From: an uncultured Prochlorococcus sp.
GTDB taxonomy: Bacteria; Cyanobacteriota; Cyanobacteriia; PCC-6307; Cyanobiaceae
Reading direction: 5' to 3'
Assembly: GCA_902536775.1 (NCBI GenBank)
Contig: CACAYX010000002.1
Span: forward strand, 4,462-68,461
DNA: 64,000 nt
The position numbers and the translations under genes are program-made. This document shows positions 24,078 through 34,625 of this stretch, piece by piece. The notes under the pieces were generated by a model. It made no database searches. It saw only the letters and a list, made by a program, of their open reading frames with translations, and was not told where the DNA came from. Each line of letters opens with the position of its first letter. Position 1 is the stretch's first letter.

Positions 24078-24272
24078 ATGTCCTACGAAGCAGGCAGTAA
24101 AGAATGTAGACATTTAATTGAAGCAAAAGAGAGCCTTCTATCAACATTAGATGCTTTAAGTAATATACATTCAACCGATCTAATACAAATCCAAATTAAA
24201 GAAATTTACAATAAATTAGAACAGATGCATGATAATAGAAAAAAAATAGAATCAGCTACAAATTATCTTTAA
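24078..24272 (+). CDS. hypothetical protein
   Basis: 64-aa ORF MSYEAGSKECRHLIEAKE. Confidence 0.7.
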   Translation: MSYEAGSKECRHLIEAKESLLSTLDALSNIHSTDLIQIQIKEIYNKLEQMHDNRKKIESATNYL

Positions 24273-24296
24273 CATATTCAAATTAACCTAAAGTTT

Positions 24297-24494
24297 TCAA
24301 AATTGGCTTTTTATCTTCGTTACTCTTTTTTCTGACAATAAATCCAATAAAGCATCAAGTTGTGCGAGTACTTCCTTTGCTTCATTAAGATCTGGCAACA
24401 AATCTTCTTTGATGAGCAATTGATGCATCTCTCTAAGTTCTAACCTTATATATCTAAGGTGAGAACAAACTTCTTCTCTCTTAGCTGCACTCAT
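24297..24494 (-). CDS. hypothetical protein
   Basis: 65-aa ORF, AAGGA upstream, paralog at 22873. Confidence 0.75.
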   Translation of the reverse strand: MSAAKREEVCSHLRYIRLELREMHQLLIKEDLLPDLNEAKEVLAQLDALLDLLSEKRVTKIKSQF

Positions 24495-24630
24495 ATTTCC
24501 TTTATATTCTTTACATTATACAATACGATCTTTTTTGATTCCCATATCAATTTTGTTAAGTTGAAAAATCATTTCAAACCCAATAACGTATAACAATCTT
24601 TTAAAGTCGCAATGTAGTAATATATCCCTC

Positions 24631-24804
24631 ATGAAAAAGAAAAAATCAAAAAAAAATCAAACTAATTCAAATTTAAAAGATCAAAAATTAGGTCAAACAA
24701 AAAATTCTGCGAAATTAGTACTGTTTGTATTTGGGATAGGTCCAATTATTGGCATAATAATATTTTTATACAGTAAGGGGTTTTTTAATTCGCCAACAAT
24801 TTAA
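24631..24804 (+). CDS. 57-aa single-TM protein
   Basis: Hand-translated ...KLVLFVFGIGPIIGIIIFLYSKGFF. Confidence 0.6.
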   Translation: MKKKKSKKNQTNSNLKDQKLGQTKNSAKLVLFVFGIGPIIGIIIFLYSKGFFNSPTI

Positions 24805-24860
24805 ATCTTTAGTAATTAAGAATATTTTTAAAAAGTCAATTTTAATAAAATTCAAAATAA

Positions 24861-25064
24861 TTATTGAAATTTTTTTAATGAAAATATCCTAAATTCTGCC
24901 ATTTTTCTAGCATTTTCTTGATTCGATATTAAAAAAGGATGGTCTGATAAAAGTTCAAATACCTTATCTATCTTTAATCGTATGTCATCGCAATCAATAT
25001 TTTCCCATTCCTCATCAAATGACATCGCAAAGCTATCAGCATTATCATATATTTTATCTTTCAT
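24861..25064 (-). CDS. hypothetical protein
   Basis: 67-aa ORF YDNADSFAMSFDEEW. Confidence 0.7.
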   Translation of the reverse strand: MKDKIYDNADSFAMSFDEEWENIDCDDIRLKIDKVFELLSDHPFLISNQENARKMAEFRIFSLKKFQ

Positions 25065-25294
25065 AATATTCGGAATTTAAATTAAGAAAATTTCAGAAAT
25101 CTGACTTTATCTGAAAGAGTAATTTGAATATTCATATAAAAACTTTCCTCATGACTATTTGAGAAATAACTTTGTATGAATATTCTTTTAAATTATACTT
25201 TAATCTTATTATTTTAATTTATAAGTAAGTGCTAACAATCAAAATCTGGTTAAAATTGACAGAAGTGTTACAATATTGACATATGTAAAGACTC

Positions 25295-25663
25295 ATGGAA
25301 AACAAAGTTAAGAGAATAGGATATCTTCCTAGAAAAAGAGTACTTGAAATTATTGATGAAATATCCAAGAGCGAATCTATAAGTAGATCTAAGGTAGTTG
25401 GAATATTAGTTGAGGAAGCATTAGGTGCCAGAGGTATTGCGAATTTTGGATATAGTAATATAAGCAAGTCAAATATATACAAGTCGGATAATTTTAAAGA
25501 TCTCAAAAATGAGAATGTCCACTTAAAAGATGCTGAAGACGAATTTGTTGATGATAGTGGTTACACAGTTTCATCTCACAAAACATTAGACCGCTCAATA
25601 TCTTCCGCAGATATTGAATTAGCAAATAAAATAAATATTCTTAAGGAATCAGGATTAATATGA
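25295..25663 (+). CDS. putative ribbon-helix-helix DNA-binding protein
   Basis: RIGYLP..IIDEISKSESISRSKVVGILVEEAL fits the RHH pattern. Confidence 0.6.
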   Translation: MENKVKRIGYLPRKRVLEIIDEISKSESISRSKVVGILVEEALGARGIANFGYSNISKSNIYKSDNFKDLKNENVHLKDAEDEFVDDSGYTVSSHKTLDRSISSADIELANKINILKESGLI

Positions 25664-25793
25664 CTTTTGTTGAGTAATTATTCTATTTTTTAATGCATAA
25701 CATTGGATCATTGTTTATTCTTAGTCAAGAATAATATTCTTTTTACATAATTCGAATATTAAATTCTTTCAAATATTAATCTTATAATTAAAA

Positions 25794-27113
25794 ATGAAAG
25801 ATATTAAATGTCCTTCGTGCGGTAAAACTTTCCGAATTGACCCCAGCAGCTTTGAAGAAATTCTTCTTCAAATAAAAGACGAAGAATTTAATAAACAAAT
25901 AAAAGAAAGACTTATTTTAGCTGAAGAAGATAATAAAAAAGCGTTGGAAATTTTAAAACGTGAGTTAAAAATACAGTTAATTGAGCAAAATCGCATTAAA
26001 GAGTCTGAGATCCAAACTCTGGAATCCAAATTAAAAATAGCTGAAGAAAAGAAAACAAATGCTCTTAATGATTTAAAAAATCAAGCTACAAATAAAATTA
26101 ATTCACTGAATAATGAATTAATCAAGTTAAAGGATGAAATCAAAAACCAGTCTTTAATTTCAGAATTATCTTTAAAAACCAAAGTCAGTGAAGCTGTTAC
26201 TAATTTAGAAAAAGAGAACTCATTACTAACAAATTCCATTGAAAAAATGAGGCTTGAAAATTCAATTAATGAAAAATTAATAGAAGAAAAGTTTAAAAGC
26301 AAAATCAGTGAAAGGGACCTGACTATTCAGGAGTTAAGAGAAATGAAATCTAGATTATCTACAAAAATGGTAGGAGAAACCTTAGAAATCCATTGCGAAA
26401 CCCAATTTAATCTGAATCGTGCCTCCGCTTTTAAAAACTCATATTTTGAAAAGGATAATGATGCAACTTCTGGAAGTAAAGGGGACTATATATTTAGAGA
26501 ATTTGATGAAAATAAAATAGAAGTCGTATCAATAATGTTTGAGATGAAGAATGAAAGTCTAAATGGAACTAATAAAAGAAAAAACGAAGATTTTTTGAAA
26601 GAATTAGATAAAGATAGAAGGCAAAAATCTTGCGAGTACGCAGTACTCGTTTCTCTGTTAGAACCTGATAGTGAATTATATAATGCAGGAATAGTAGATG
26701 TTTCTCATAGATTTCCAAAGATGTATGTCATAAGACCGCAATTTTTCTTGCCGATTATTTCTCTTTTAAGAAATGCATCTATGGAAACCTTAAAATACAA
26801 ATCACAAATTGATTTAATGAAACGCGAGAATTACGACATAACTAATTTTGAAAGTACTCTTGAGCAATTTAAGAATGCTGTTGGTAAAAATGTTTCTCTG
26901 GCCCAAGACAGATTTAATGATGCAATATCAGAAATTGATAAATCAATAACTCATTTACAAAAAACTAAAGAGGCTTTAATTATCTCAAAAAAACATCTTT
27001 TGTCCGCAGACAGCAAATCTCAAGATTTAACAGTAAAGAAATTAACTAGAAATAACCCAACTATGAAAAAAAAGTTTAATGATTTAAATAATTTTGAAGA
27101 TGAAGTAGCCTAA
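25794..27113 (+). CDS. DUF2130 coiled-coil protein
   Basis: IKCPSCG, STKMVGETLE, GSKGDY, IMFEMKNE. Confidence 0.85.
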   Translation: MKDIKCPSCGKTFRIDPSSFEEILLQIKDEEFNKQIKERLILAEEDNKKALEILKRELKIQLIEQNRIKESEIQTLESKLKIAEEKKTNALNDLKNQATNKINSLNNELIKLKDEIKNQSLISELSLKTKVSEAVTNLEKENSLLTNSIEKMRLENSINEKLIEEKFKSKISERDLTIQELREMKSRLSTKMVGETLEIHCETQFNLNRASAFKNSYFEKDNDATSGSKGDYIFREFDENKIEVVSIMFEMKNESLNGTNKRKNEDFLKELDKDRRQKSCEYAVLVSLLEPDSELYNAGIVDVSHRFPKMYVIRPQFFLPIISLLRNASMETLKYKSQIDLMKRENYDITNFESTLEQFKNAVGKNVSLAQDRFNDAISEIDKSITHLQKTKEALIISKKHLLSADSKSQDLTVKKLTRNNPTMKKKFNDLNNFEDEVA

Positions 27114-27211
27114 CTAAAAAAAAATCATTGAAATTAATAATAGTTAAAATAAAGTAAATTATTAACTTATAAATATACTATAAATAATAAAGTCTAAAGT
27201 TAAAGAAAATA

Positions 27212-27493
27212 ATGTCTATCAACACCCCAATTTTCACTATTGCCAAAGATCTAAATATTGAAAGTAATAGAATATTATTAGCCTGCAAGAAACTTGGAAT
27301 CAATGCAAAAGGAGCGACAAAAAGATTGAATGAAGAAGAATTAGAAAAAATTAAAAGTTATTTTGAAACGGGCAAAAATGCATCAGATGAAGTGATCAAT
27401 TTAAAAAAAGCTAAAACCAAAAGCAGTTCTAAAAAAATTGTAGAAAAGGTAAAGATAAAATATTTTGCAAACAGACTTATTCGAAAATCTTAA
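27212..27493 (+). CDS. IF-2 N-terminal-domain-like protein
   Basis: IFTIAKDLNIESNRILLACKKLGI. Confidence 0.7.
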   Translation: MSINTPIFTIAKDLNIESNRILLACKKLGINAKGATKRLNEEELEKIKSYFETGKNASDEVINLKKAKTKSSSKKIVEKVKIKYFANRLIRKS

Positions 27494-27576
27494 ATAAAAA
27501 TAATTTTTTTAATTACTTAATGGAATAAGCCACAGAAGAAAAAAATAATAATTTATCATAAGTAAAAATACTTAAA

Positions 27577-27987
27577 ATGAGCATAAACAAAATTTTAAAT
27601 TCTCTTGAAAAATCCTGGGAAAGAGATTATATTCTTTCAAATATAAAGAAGGGTTTAGGAACAGATGAGATAGTTAATGAATTTCTTGTGAAAAACGAAA
27701 GACAAATTAAAGAATTAAATTCTTTATTAAGACCAGAAGATATTGATTTATTAAATCAAGTAGAACAACTTTCAACTTGCGAATCTAAATTAATAAATGA
27801 GATTAAAAATTTAAACTTAGAAAATAATGAAAATCATCACATTCTGAATCAAAAAAAGATTGTCCCATCTAATAGAGTTTCTTTTAACAAAATTAGTTCA
27901 TTCATGATTAATTGGAGTAACAAATTTGTAGTTATTGCTTTACTAACAATTTCAGCCATAGCTTTATCAAAACAAGCATGGGCATAA
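27577..27987 (+). CDS. hypothetical protein with C-terminal TM
   Basis: 136-aa ORF. Confidence 0.65.
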   Translation: MSINKILNSLEKSWERDYILSNIKKGLGTDEIVNEFLVKNERQIKELNSLLRPEDIDLLNQVEQLSTCESKLINEIKNLNLENNENHHILNQKKIVPSNRVSFNKISSFMINWSNKFVVIALLTISAIALSKQAWA

Positions 27988-28022
27988 TTAGCTAGATTAA
28001 CTTCATTGTAAGAGATGAAGTT

Positions 28023-29009
28023 TTGAGCACTAAACAACAATATTTAATTAGATATAAAGATGGAAATCTTTATTGTGAACTTGCTGATATATGGATTGAT
28101 CCCAGCAAGCCAGTAAAAAAGGCATTAATAACACATGCTCATTTTGATCACTTTACATTTGGCTGTGAAGAATACATTTCTACTATCGAGACTGCGATAC
28201 TTCTTAAAGAAAGAGTTGGAGACAATATCAAAATAAAGACTTTTGAATATGGAGAAAAATTTAAGATAAATGGCATCAATATTTCTTTTCATCCTTCTGG
28301 CCATATACTTGGATCTAGTCAAATAAGGTTTATTTTTGCTGAAGAGAAATGGCTTATTTCAGGTGATTTTAAGCTTCAAAAAGATGAGACTTGCCAACAA
28401 TTTGAAATAGTAAAAACTGATTATTTAATAAGTGAATGTACGTTTGGTTTACCAATATTTAAGTGGGATGAAACAAAAAAAATAGCAAATAATATTTCAA
28501 AATGGATAAATAATTCGCCAGAAAAAACTTCTTTACTTTTCTGCTATTCTCTTGGGAAAGCACAAAGATTATTAAACGAGATTAGTCAAACAAATTTTAA
28601 AGGCAATATTTATTCCCATGGCAGTATTTATAAAATGAACAATTGTTATAAGGAACTTGGAATTGATATTAAAGATACTATAAAAATAGAAAATAAAAGA
28701 AAGATTGATGAACTTAAAGGAAATCTAATATTATTACCTCCATCTTTAAGTAAGGGTTCTTATCTGAAAAATTTCAAAAATATTCAAACGGCTTTTGCGA
28801 GTGGTTGGATGTCAATAAGAGCTCTAAGAAAAAGATCAGGATATGATAAAGGATTTGCTATCTCAGATCATGCAGATTGGGATGGAATTCTGGAAGTAGT
28901 AAACAAGTCTGAAGCAAAAAATGTATTTTTTCATCATGGAGATAGTGAAGCTTTAAGTAAATTTTTAGTTGAGAAGGAATCAATAAATGTTCTTTTCTTC
29001 GGCAAATAA
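28023..29009 (+). CDS. ligase-associated beta-CASP/MBL exonuclease
   Basis: ITHAHFDH, GHILGS, SECTFG, YSLGKAQR, ISDHADW. Confidence 0.92.
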   Translation: MSTKQQYLIRYKDGNLYCELADIWIDPSKPVKKALITHAHFDHFTFGCEEYISTIETAILLKERVGDNIKIKTFEYGEKFKINGINISFHPSGHILGSSQIRFIFAEEKWLISGDFKLQKDETCQQFEIVKTDYLISECTFGLPIFKWDETKKIANNISKWINNSPEKTSLLFCYSLGKAQRLLNEISQTNFKGNIYSHGSIYKMNNCYKELGIDIKDTIKIENKRKIDELKGNLILLPPSLSKGSYLKNFKNIQTAFASGWMSIRALRKRSGYDKGFAISDHADWDGILEVVNKSEAKNVFFHHGDSEALSKFLVEKESINVLFFGK

Positions 29010-29011
29010 AT

Positions 29012-30652
29012 ATGAGCTTAAAAAATTTTTCAGAATTATTTGTAGATTTAGATTCAAGTAACAGTACGAATAATAAAATTGAAGTTTTAAAGAATTATTT
29101 TTTATCTAATGATCCAATAGATAATTCCTGGACAATATATTTATTGACTGGAAAAAGTAATAAGAGATTTATTAGTGGAAGATATTTAAAAAATCTTTTT
29201 TCTCAAATATATGAATATCCTGAATGGTTAATCGATACATGCTATTTAAAAGTTGGTGATTCCGCTGAGGTAATAACGTTATTACTTAAAAATAAAAGTA
29301 CTTCCAGAAAAAAGGAATTATCAAATATAAGTCTCAATGAATTACTAAGCAAAACAATACCTGATTTATCAAAACTTAATGAGGAGGAGAAAAATTTTAA
29401 AATTAAAAATATGTGGGAAACATTACCTGAAGATAACCATCTAATTTTCAATAAAATTCTTACAGGAACTTTTAGAGTTGGAGTCTCTATCGGATTAATA
29501 ACAAAATCAATATCAAAACTAATTAATATTGATGAAGAGATTATTTCCCATAGGTTGATGGGGAATTTTGAGCCTTCTATTGATTCATATGAATTTTTAA
29601 TTAATAAGAATATCAATCTTCAAGAGTTAAATTCCAAACCATTTCCATTTCTTCTGGCGAATAATATTGAAGATAAAATCTTCAAACATTCAATAAATGA
29701 TTTTCAATTTGAATGGAAATACGACGGTATAAGGATGCAATTAATTAAAAGATCAGGAAATGTTTCGTTATGGACAAGAGGGCAAGAATTAGTAAATGAA
29801 TCTTTCCCAGAATTAGTAGAGAAAATGTTACATATAAAAGATGATTTTGTTCTTGATGGGGAATTATTAGTTTGGAACTTTAAAGAACAAATTGCCTTTG
29901 ATTTTTCTTTACTTCAAAAAAGAATAAATAGAAAGTCTCCTTCTAGATCAATCCAAATAAAATATCCAATTATTTTTATTGCTTATGATCTTTTAGAGAT
30001 TAATGGAAGAGATATAAGAGAAATTAAATTGGAAAACAGAAGAATTGTATTAGAAAAATATTTTTCAAAATGGCAAATTAAAACTGAGAATAATATCTCT
30101 GATATTTTCAAAATATGTGATCTAATCTTTCCTAAAGATTGGCCTGATGCTTTAACTTATAAAGAAAAATCTCGAGAAAATAATACTGAAGGATTAATAA
30201 TTAAGAAAAAGACTTCTATATACTCCTCTGGTAGAAAGAAAGGTATTTGGTGGAAATATAAAGTTGATCCTATGCAACTGGATGCTGTTCTAATTTATGC
30301 TAAGGGCGGTAGCGGTAGAAGAGCTGGCCTGTATACAGATTACAGTTTTGCATTATGGAAAGACAAAGAATTAATCAAATTTGCAAGTGCATATTCTGGT
30401 TTAACGAATATTGAGATTAAAGAGCTAGATAAATGGATAAGAAAAAATACAATAGAAAAATTTGGTCCTGTTAGGTCTTTAAAACCAGAAATGGTATTCG
30501 AAATATCTTTTGAGAAAATACAAATTTCTAAACGTCATAAGTCAGGCATAGCAGTGCGCTTTCCAAGAATAACAAAATGGAGAAAAGATAAAAAAATTAA
30601 TGATGCAGATAGCCTAGAGAATGCTTATGAACTAATGAAAAAAATATCATGA
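29012..30652 (+). CDS. ATP-dependent DNA ligase
   Basis: EWKYDGIR, LDGEL, EGLIIK, WWKYK, VRFPR. Confidence 0.95.
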   Translation: MSLKNFSELFVDLDSSNSTNNKIEVLKNYFLSNDPIDNSWTIYLLTGKSNKRFISGRYLKNLFSQIYEYPEWLIDTCYLKVGDSAEVITLLLKNKSTSRKKELSNISLNELLSKTIPDLSKLNEEEKNFKIKNMWETLPEDNHLIFNKILTGTFRVGVSIGLITKSISKLINIDEEIISHRLMGNFEPSIDSYEFLINKNINLQELNSKPFPFLLANNIEDKIFKHSINDFQFEWKYDGIRMQLIKRSGNVSLWTRGQELVNESFPELVEKMLHIKDDFVLDGELLVWNFKEQIAFDFSLLQKRINRKSPSRSIQIKYPIIFIAYDLLEINGRDIREIKLENRRIVLEKYFSKWQIKTENNISDIFKICDLIFPKDWPDALTYKEKSRENNTEGLIIKKKTSIYSSGRKKGIWWKYKVDPMQLDAVLIYAKGGSGRRAGLYTDYSFALWKDKELIKFASAYSGLTNIEIKELDKWIRKNTIEKFGPVRSLKPEMVFEISFEKIQISKRHKSGIAVRFPRITKWRKDKKINDADSLENAYELMKKIS

Positions 30653-33135
30653 AAAATATTACGAAAAATAATAAGCAAAATAATTTAATTTCTAAAATTA
30701 AACAGTTTTTCTCCACTAATGGATGGGAGCCACTACCCTATCAGATCGAATCTTGGGCAGCGTTTTTAAATGGAGAGAGTGGAATAATACAAGTTCCTAC
30801 TGGATGCGGTAAAACTTATGCTGCATTAATGGGACCTCTATCCAAGATAGAAGATCCCAAAAATAATAAAAGTGTGAATATATTATTAATAACCCCTTTA
30901 AAAGCACTAAGTAGAGATCTAAAAAATTCCATACAATTAGCAGCTTTGCATTTTAATAAAGAAATCACTGTTGAAATTAGGAACGGGGATACAAACCCAT
31001 ATGAAAAGAAAAAGCAACTATCTAAACCACCTAATATTCTTATTACCACTCCAGAGTCTTTATCTCTTTTACTTTCTAATAAAGAATCTATTAATCTGTT
31101 CAAGGATTTGTCATCAATAATTATTGATGAATGGCATGAATTGATGGGTAGTAAAAGAGGAAACCAGTGCGAGTTATCTTTAAGTTGGCTAAGAGGTAAT
31201 ATAAAAAATTTACAAATTTGGGCAATGTCTGCAACTATTGGAAATATTGAAGAAGCAGCAAGAGCAATAGTTGGGATGAGCGCTATTAAACCCAAAATTA
31301 TAAGTACAAATATTCAAAAAGAGATCGAAATTATGAGTGTTTTACCAGAGGAGGAAACTACCTTTCCATGGAGTGGGCATCTTGGGATTAGAAGTCATTC
31401 TTCACTATTAAAAATCCTAGATAAAAATAAAAGCACCTTATTATTCACCAATACGAGAAATCAATCTGAAAGATGGTATCAATGTCTTAAATTTTTTCTC
31501 CCAGAGATGGAAGACAAAATTGCACTTCATCACGGCTCCCTGGATAAAGAAGATAGAAAAAGAGTTGAAGAAGGGGTTAAAGAGGGATTAATAAAATGGG
31601 TAGTCTGCACCAGCTCGTTAGATTTGGGAGTTGACTTCCAACCTGTAGATCAAATAGTTCAAATTGGTAGTGCAAAGAATTTAGCTAGACTTATCCAAAG
31701 AGCTGGAAGAAGTGCTCATAGACCAGGTGGAAAATCAAAAATAATTTTTATGCCTACTAATTCTTTAGAGTTATTAGAGATTAGTGCAATGAGAAGAATA
31801 ATAAAAAGTGGTATATCTGAGGAAATTAGACTTCCTGAATTATCTTATGATGTGCTTCTACAACATCTAATAAGTTTGGCGTGTGGAAATGGCTTTGATC
31901 CGAAAATTGAGTTAGAAAGAATAAAAAATTGCTGGAGTTATAGAAACATAAAAGATCAAGATTGGAATTGGTGTCTTGACTTTTTAGAATATGGAGGAAA
32001 ATGTCTTAAAGCATACCCAAAATATAAAAAGATAGTTAAAGAAGAATCACAAAATAATAATGAAAACTTTAAATATTTTGTAAAAGACAAATCTTTAATA
32101 AGAATGCATAAGTTCAATATTGGGACAATTTCAAGTGACAAATTTGTGAATGTGAAATATATGAAAGGTAAATCTTTAGGTAATTTAGAGGAAAATTTTG
32201 CTTCAAAATTAAATCCCGGGGATACATTTTACTTTGCTGGCAAAATGCTTCAATTTGTAAGAATAAGAGATATGGTTATATACGTTAAAAAATCAACAAA
32301 AAAAAGTTCTCTAATTCCTGCATGGGTTGGAGGTCAAATGGCAATTTCTGATCTACTTTGTGAGAGTTTGAGAAAAGAAATAGATATATGCAACGAACTA
32401 GAAAATCATGATTGCTTAAATGCTGAACTCAATTCATTACGCCCAATATTGAAGAAACAAAAAGTTCTTTCAAATATTCCAAAGAAAGATGAATTCCTCA
32501 TAGAAATATATAAAACCAAGGATTTAACAAATCTTTTTGTTTTTACACTTGATGGCAAATTTGTAAATGAAGGAATTGCGTTTCTATGGGCTTTGAGATT
32601 GGCAAAATTAAGACAATCTACATTTAGTATTACTGCTAATGATTTTGGATTCAGCTTAACTACCTCAGAAGATTATGATTTTTCAATAATTAAAAAAGAA
32701 GCTGATTATTTTTTGGATAACAAAAAATTAGAGGAAGATTTAGAAAATGCAATTAATTTTTCAGAATTAACAAAACGTAGATTTAAAAATATTGCCCAGA
32801 TAAGTGGACTAGTAAATCAAAATAATCCAACCAAAACAAAAACTTCTTCCCAACTTCAAATAAGTTCAAGTCTTTTCTACGATGTCTTTACTAAATATGA
32901 AGAAGGTCATCTTTTGATAAAACAATCGCATCAAGAAGTTAAAGAATATCAATTAGAAAATAAAAGAATATCTAGATCATTAGAAAGATTAAAAAATTTA
33001 AAAATGCTATTAAACGAGATAAAAACTCCAACTCCTTTTGCTTTTCCTTTATTAGTTGAAAGACTTAAAAATACTTTAAGCAATGAACCAATAGAAAAAA
33101 GAGTAGAAAAACTTATAAAAAAATATAGTGATTAA
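30649..33135 (+). CDS. ligase-associated Lhr-core DEXH helicase
   Basis: PTGCGKT, DEWHEL, MSATIG, HHGSL, QRAGRS. Confidence 0.93.
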   Translation: MKNITKNNKQNNLISKIKQFFSTNGWEPLPYQIESWAAFLNGESGIIQVPTGCGKTYAALMGPLSKIEDPKNNKSVNILLITPLKALSRDLKNSIQLAALHFNKEITVEIRNGDTNPYEKKKQLSKPPNILITTPESLSLLLSNKESINLFKDLSSIIIDEWHELMGSKRGNQCELSLSWLRGNIKNLQIWAMSATIGNIEEAARAIVGMSAIKPKIISTNIQKEIEIMSVLPEEETTFPWSGHLGIRSHSSLLKILDKNKSTLLFTNTRNQSERWYQCLKFFLPEMEDKIALHHGSLDKEDRKRVEEGVKEGLIKWVVCTSSLDLGVDFQPVDQIVQIGSAKNLARLIQRAGRSAHRPGGKSKIIFMPTNSLELLEISAMRRIIKSGISEEIRLPELSYDVLLQHLISLACGNGFDPKIELERIKNCWSYRNIKDQDWNWCLDFLEYGGKCLKAYPKYKKIVKEESQNNNENFKYFVKDKSLIRMHKFNIGTISSDKFVNVKYMKGKSLGNLEENFASKLNPGDTFYFAGKMLQFVRIRDMVIYVKKSTKKSSLIPAWVGGQMAISDLLCESLRKEIDICNELENHDCLNAELNSLRPILKKQKVLSNIPKKDEFLIEIYKTKDLTNLFVFTLDGKFVNEGIAFLWALRLAKLRQSTFSITANDFGFSLTTSEDYDFSIIKKEADYFLDNKKLEEDLENAINFSELTKRRFKNIAQISGLVNQNNPTKTKTSSQLQISSSLFYDVFTKYEEGHLLIKQSHQEVKEYQLENKRISRSLERLKNLKMLLNEIKTPTPFAFPLLVERLKNTLSNEPIEKRVEKLIKKYSD

Positions 33136-33786
33136 ATGAAAAAAAGTTCTTTTAAATTTCGTTGGGAAGATACATTGTTAGAGATGCTTCCTTCAAGAGC
33201 GTTATTTCTACCGAAAACAAAAGAGTTGTTAATATGCGATATTCATCTTGGGAAAGCTGAGTATTTTCAGCAAAATGGTATACCTCTTACTAATAATTCA
33301 GATAAAAACAATTTTGCAAGAATAAAAAAAATAGTAAAAAAATATTGTCCTAAAAATTTAATTATATTGGGAGATTTATTTCACAGCAAATATTCAATAG
33401 ATAAAACTCTACAAAAAAAAGTTGAGGATCTTCCTGAACTACTAAAAACTAATGTTGAACTAGTCTTAGGAAATCACGATATAGGATGTGATATTAAAAA
33501 TATAAAAATATTTGATATTAGAAAAACTAAAAATATTACTTTTAGCCATGAGCCAGTTAATTCAGAAAATAAAGAAACCTTGAATATTTGTGGACATTAT
33601 CATCCAAAAATCTATATAAAAAACAATGGAGATAAATTATCATTTAGGTGCTTCGCATTGGATAAGAATAAAAATACTTTATATTTACCTGCATTTGGAG
33701 ACTTAACAGGAGGATATCCCTGCAAAAAGTCATTTAAAAAATGGGCAATTGTTTCTGAAGAAGAAATTATCGAAGTAAAATCTTAA
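33136..33786 (+). CDS. pdeM: ligase-associated metallophosphoesterase (PdeM/MPE)
   Basis: DIHLGK, GDLFH, GNHD, HEP, GHYHP, PAFG. Confidence 0.88.
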   Translation: MKKSSFKFRWEDTLLEMLPSRALFLPKTKELLICDIHLGKAEYFQQNGIPLTNNSDKNNFARIKKIVKKYCPKNLIILGDLFHSKYSIDKTLQKKVEDLPELLKTNVELVLGNHDIGCDIKNIKIFDIRKTKNITFSHEPVNSENKETLNICGHYHPKIYIKNNGDKLSFRCFALDKNKNTLYLPAFGDLTGGYPCKKSFKKWAIVSEEEIIEVKS

Positions 33787-33992
33787 GAAAAATCAAATAA
33801 AAGTGGCTTAAATTTTTCATTTAGATATACCAATTTATACTTAAAAGTCTCGTTTATTTTATTTATCAATTACTTTGTTTATGTTAAGATACTTCCTACA
33901 AGTAGAAATAGACAAAAAAAATTTATACAGGTAATGATTCTTTTTTTAGTAGGCAATACACGTTATAAAAAAAATAAATTAATTTTATAGAA

Positions 33993-34295
33993 ATGAAAAA
34001 ATTAATACCCTTAATTTTATTTCCATTTCTTGTTATCCCATTTGGGGCAAAAGCAAATGATAATTTTTCCGTTGAAATAGAGGCAATTACCCTAGTAATG
34101 GAGCAATATGGGGAAGATACTGAATCAAATGTTGAATTAGACATAGAAGATAAAAAGCCAAGTTACATGGCTCTTAAACAAGACGAATGCAATGCTACTG
34201 TTGAAGTTACAGAAAAAACAGGAATAGAAGTTGTAAATACTGAATCTTTCGATGTAAACGTCTGCTTGAAAGAAATATATAAAGTAATCAACTAA
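33993..34295 (+). CDS. secreted acidic hypothetical protein
   Basis: Signal peptide ending AKA, two Cys. Confidence 0.7.
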   Translation: MKKLIPLILFPFLVIPFGAKANDNFSVEIEAITLVMEQYGEDTESNVELDIEDKKPSYMALKQDECNATVEVTEKTGIEVVNTESFDVNVCLKEIYKVIN

Positions 34296-34478
34296 ATAAA
34301 CAGGTTATAAAAATATAATAAAATTAAACAAATTAGAGAGGTCTTTTACTTAAAGAAGGTAAGACCTAGAGACCTAACAGAAAACTTTGGAACGGGTTCT
34401 GCATAACCAATTAATAACTACAAAGGAATTGTAGAGGTGTAATTAAAAGTACAAAACCAAAAATTATTTTTTTAATAA

Positions 34479-34625
34479 TTATTTCTTCTTTGATAATGTT
34501 TGTGATTCTTCTCTGGACATTAAAGCTTCGATTTGAGCAAGAACTTTTTGAAGTTCATCCGTTTTTGTTAGAGATGCTTCTGCTACTTTTCTTAATTTTT
34601 CTAACTGTTCTTTAGTTTTATCCAT
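34479..34625 (-). CDS. 48-aa coiled-coil protein
   Basis: Hand-translated MDKTKEQLEKLRKVAEASLTKTDELQKVLAQIEALM... Confidence 0.65.
   Translation of the reverse strand: MDKTKEQLEKLRKVAEASLTKTDELQKVLAQIEALMSREESQTLSKKK

Noticed and set aside
22848-25506. Minus-strand ORFs 22848, 23063, 23164, 25219
   Set aside because: Antisense to better-supported plus-strand genes
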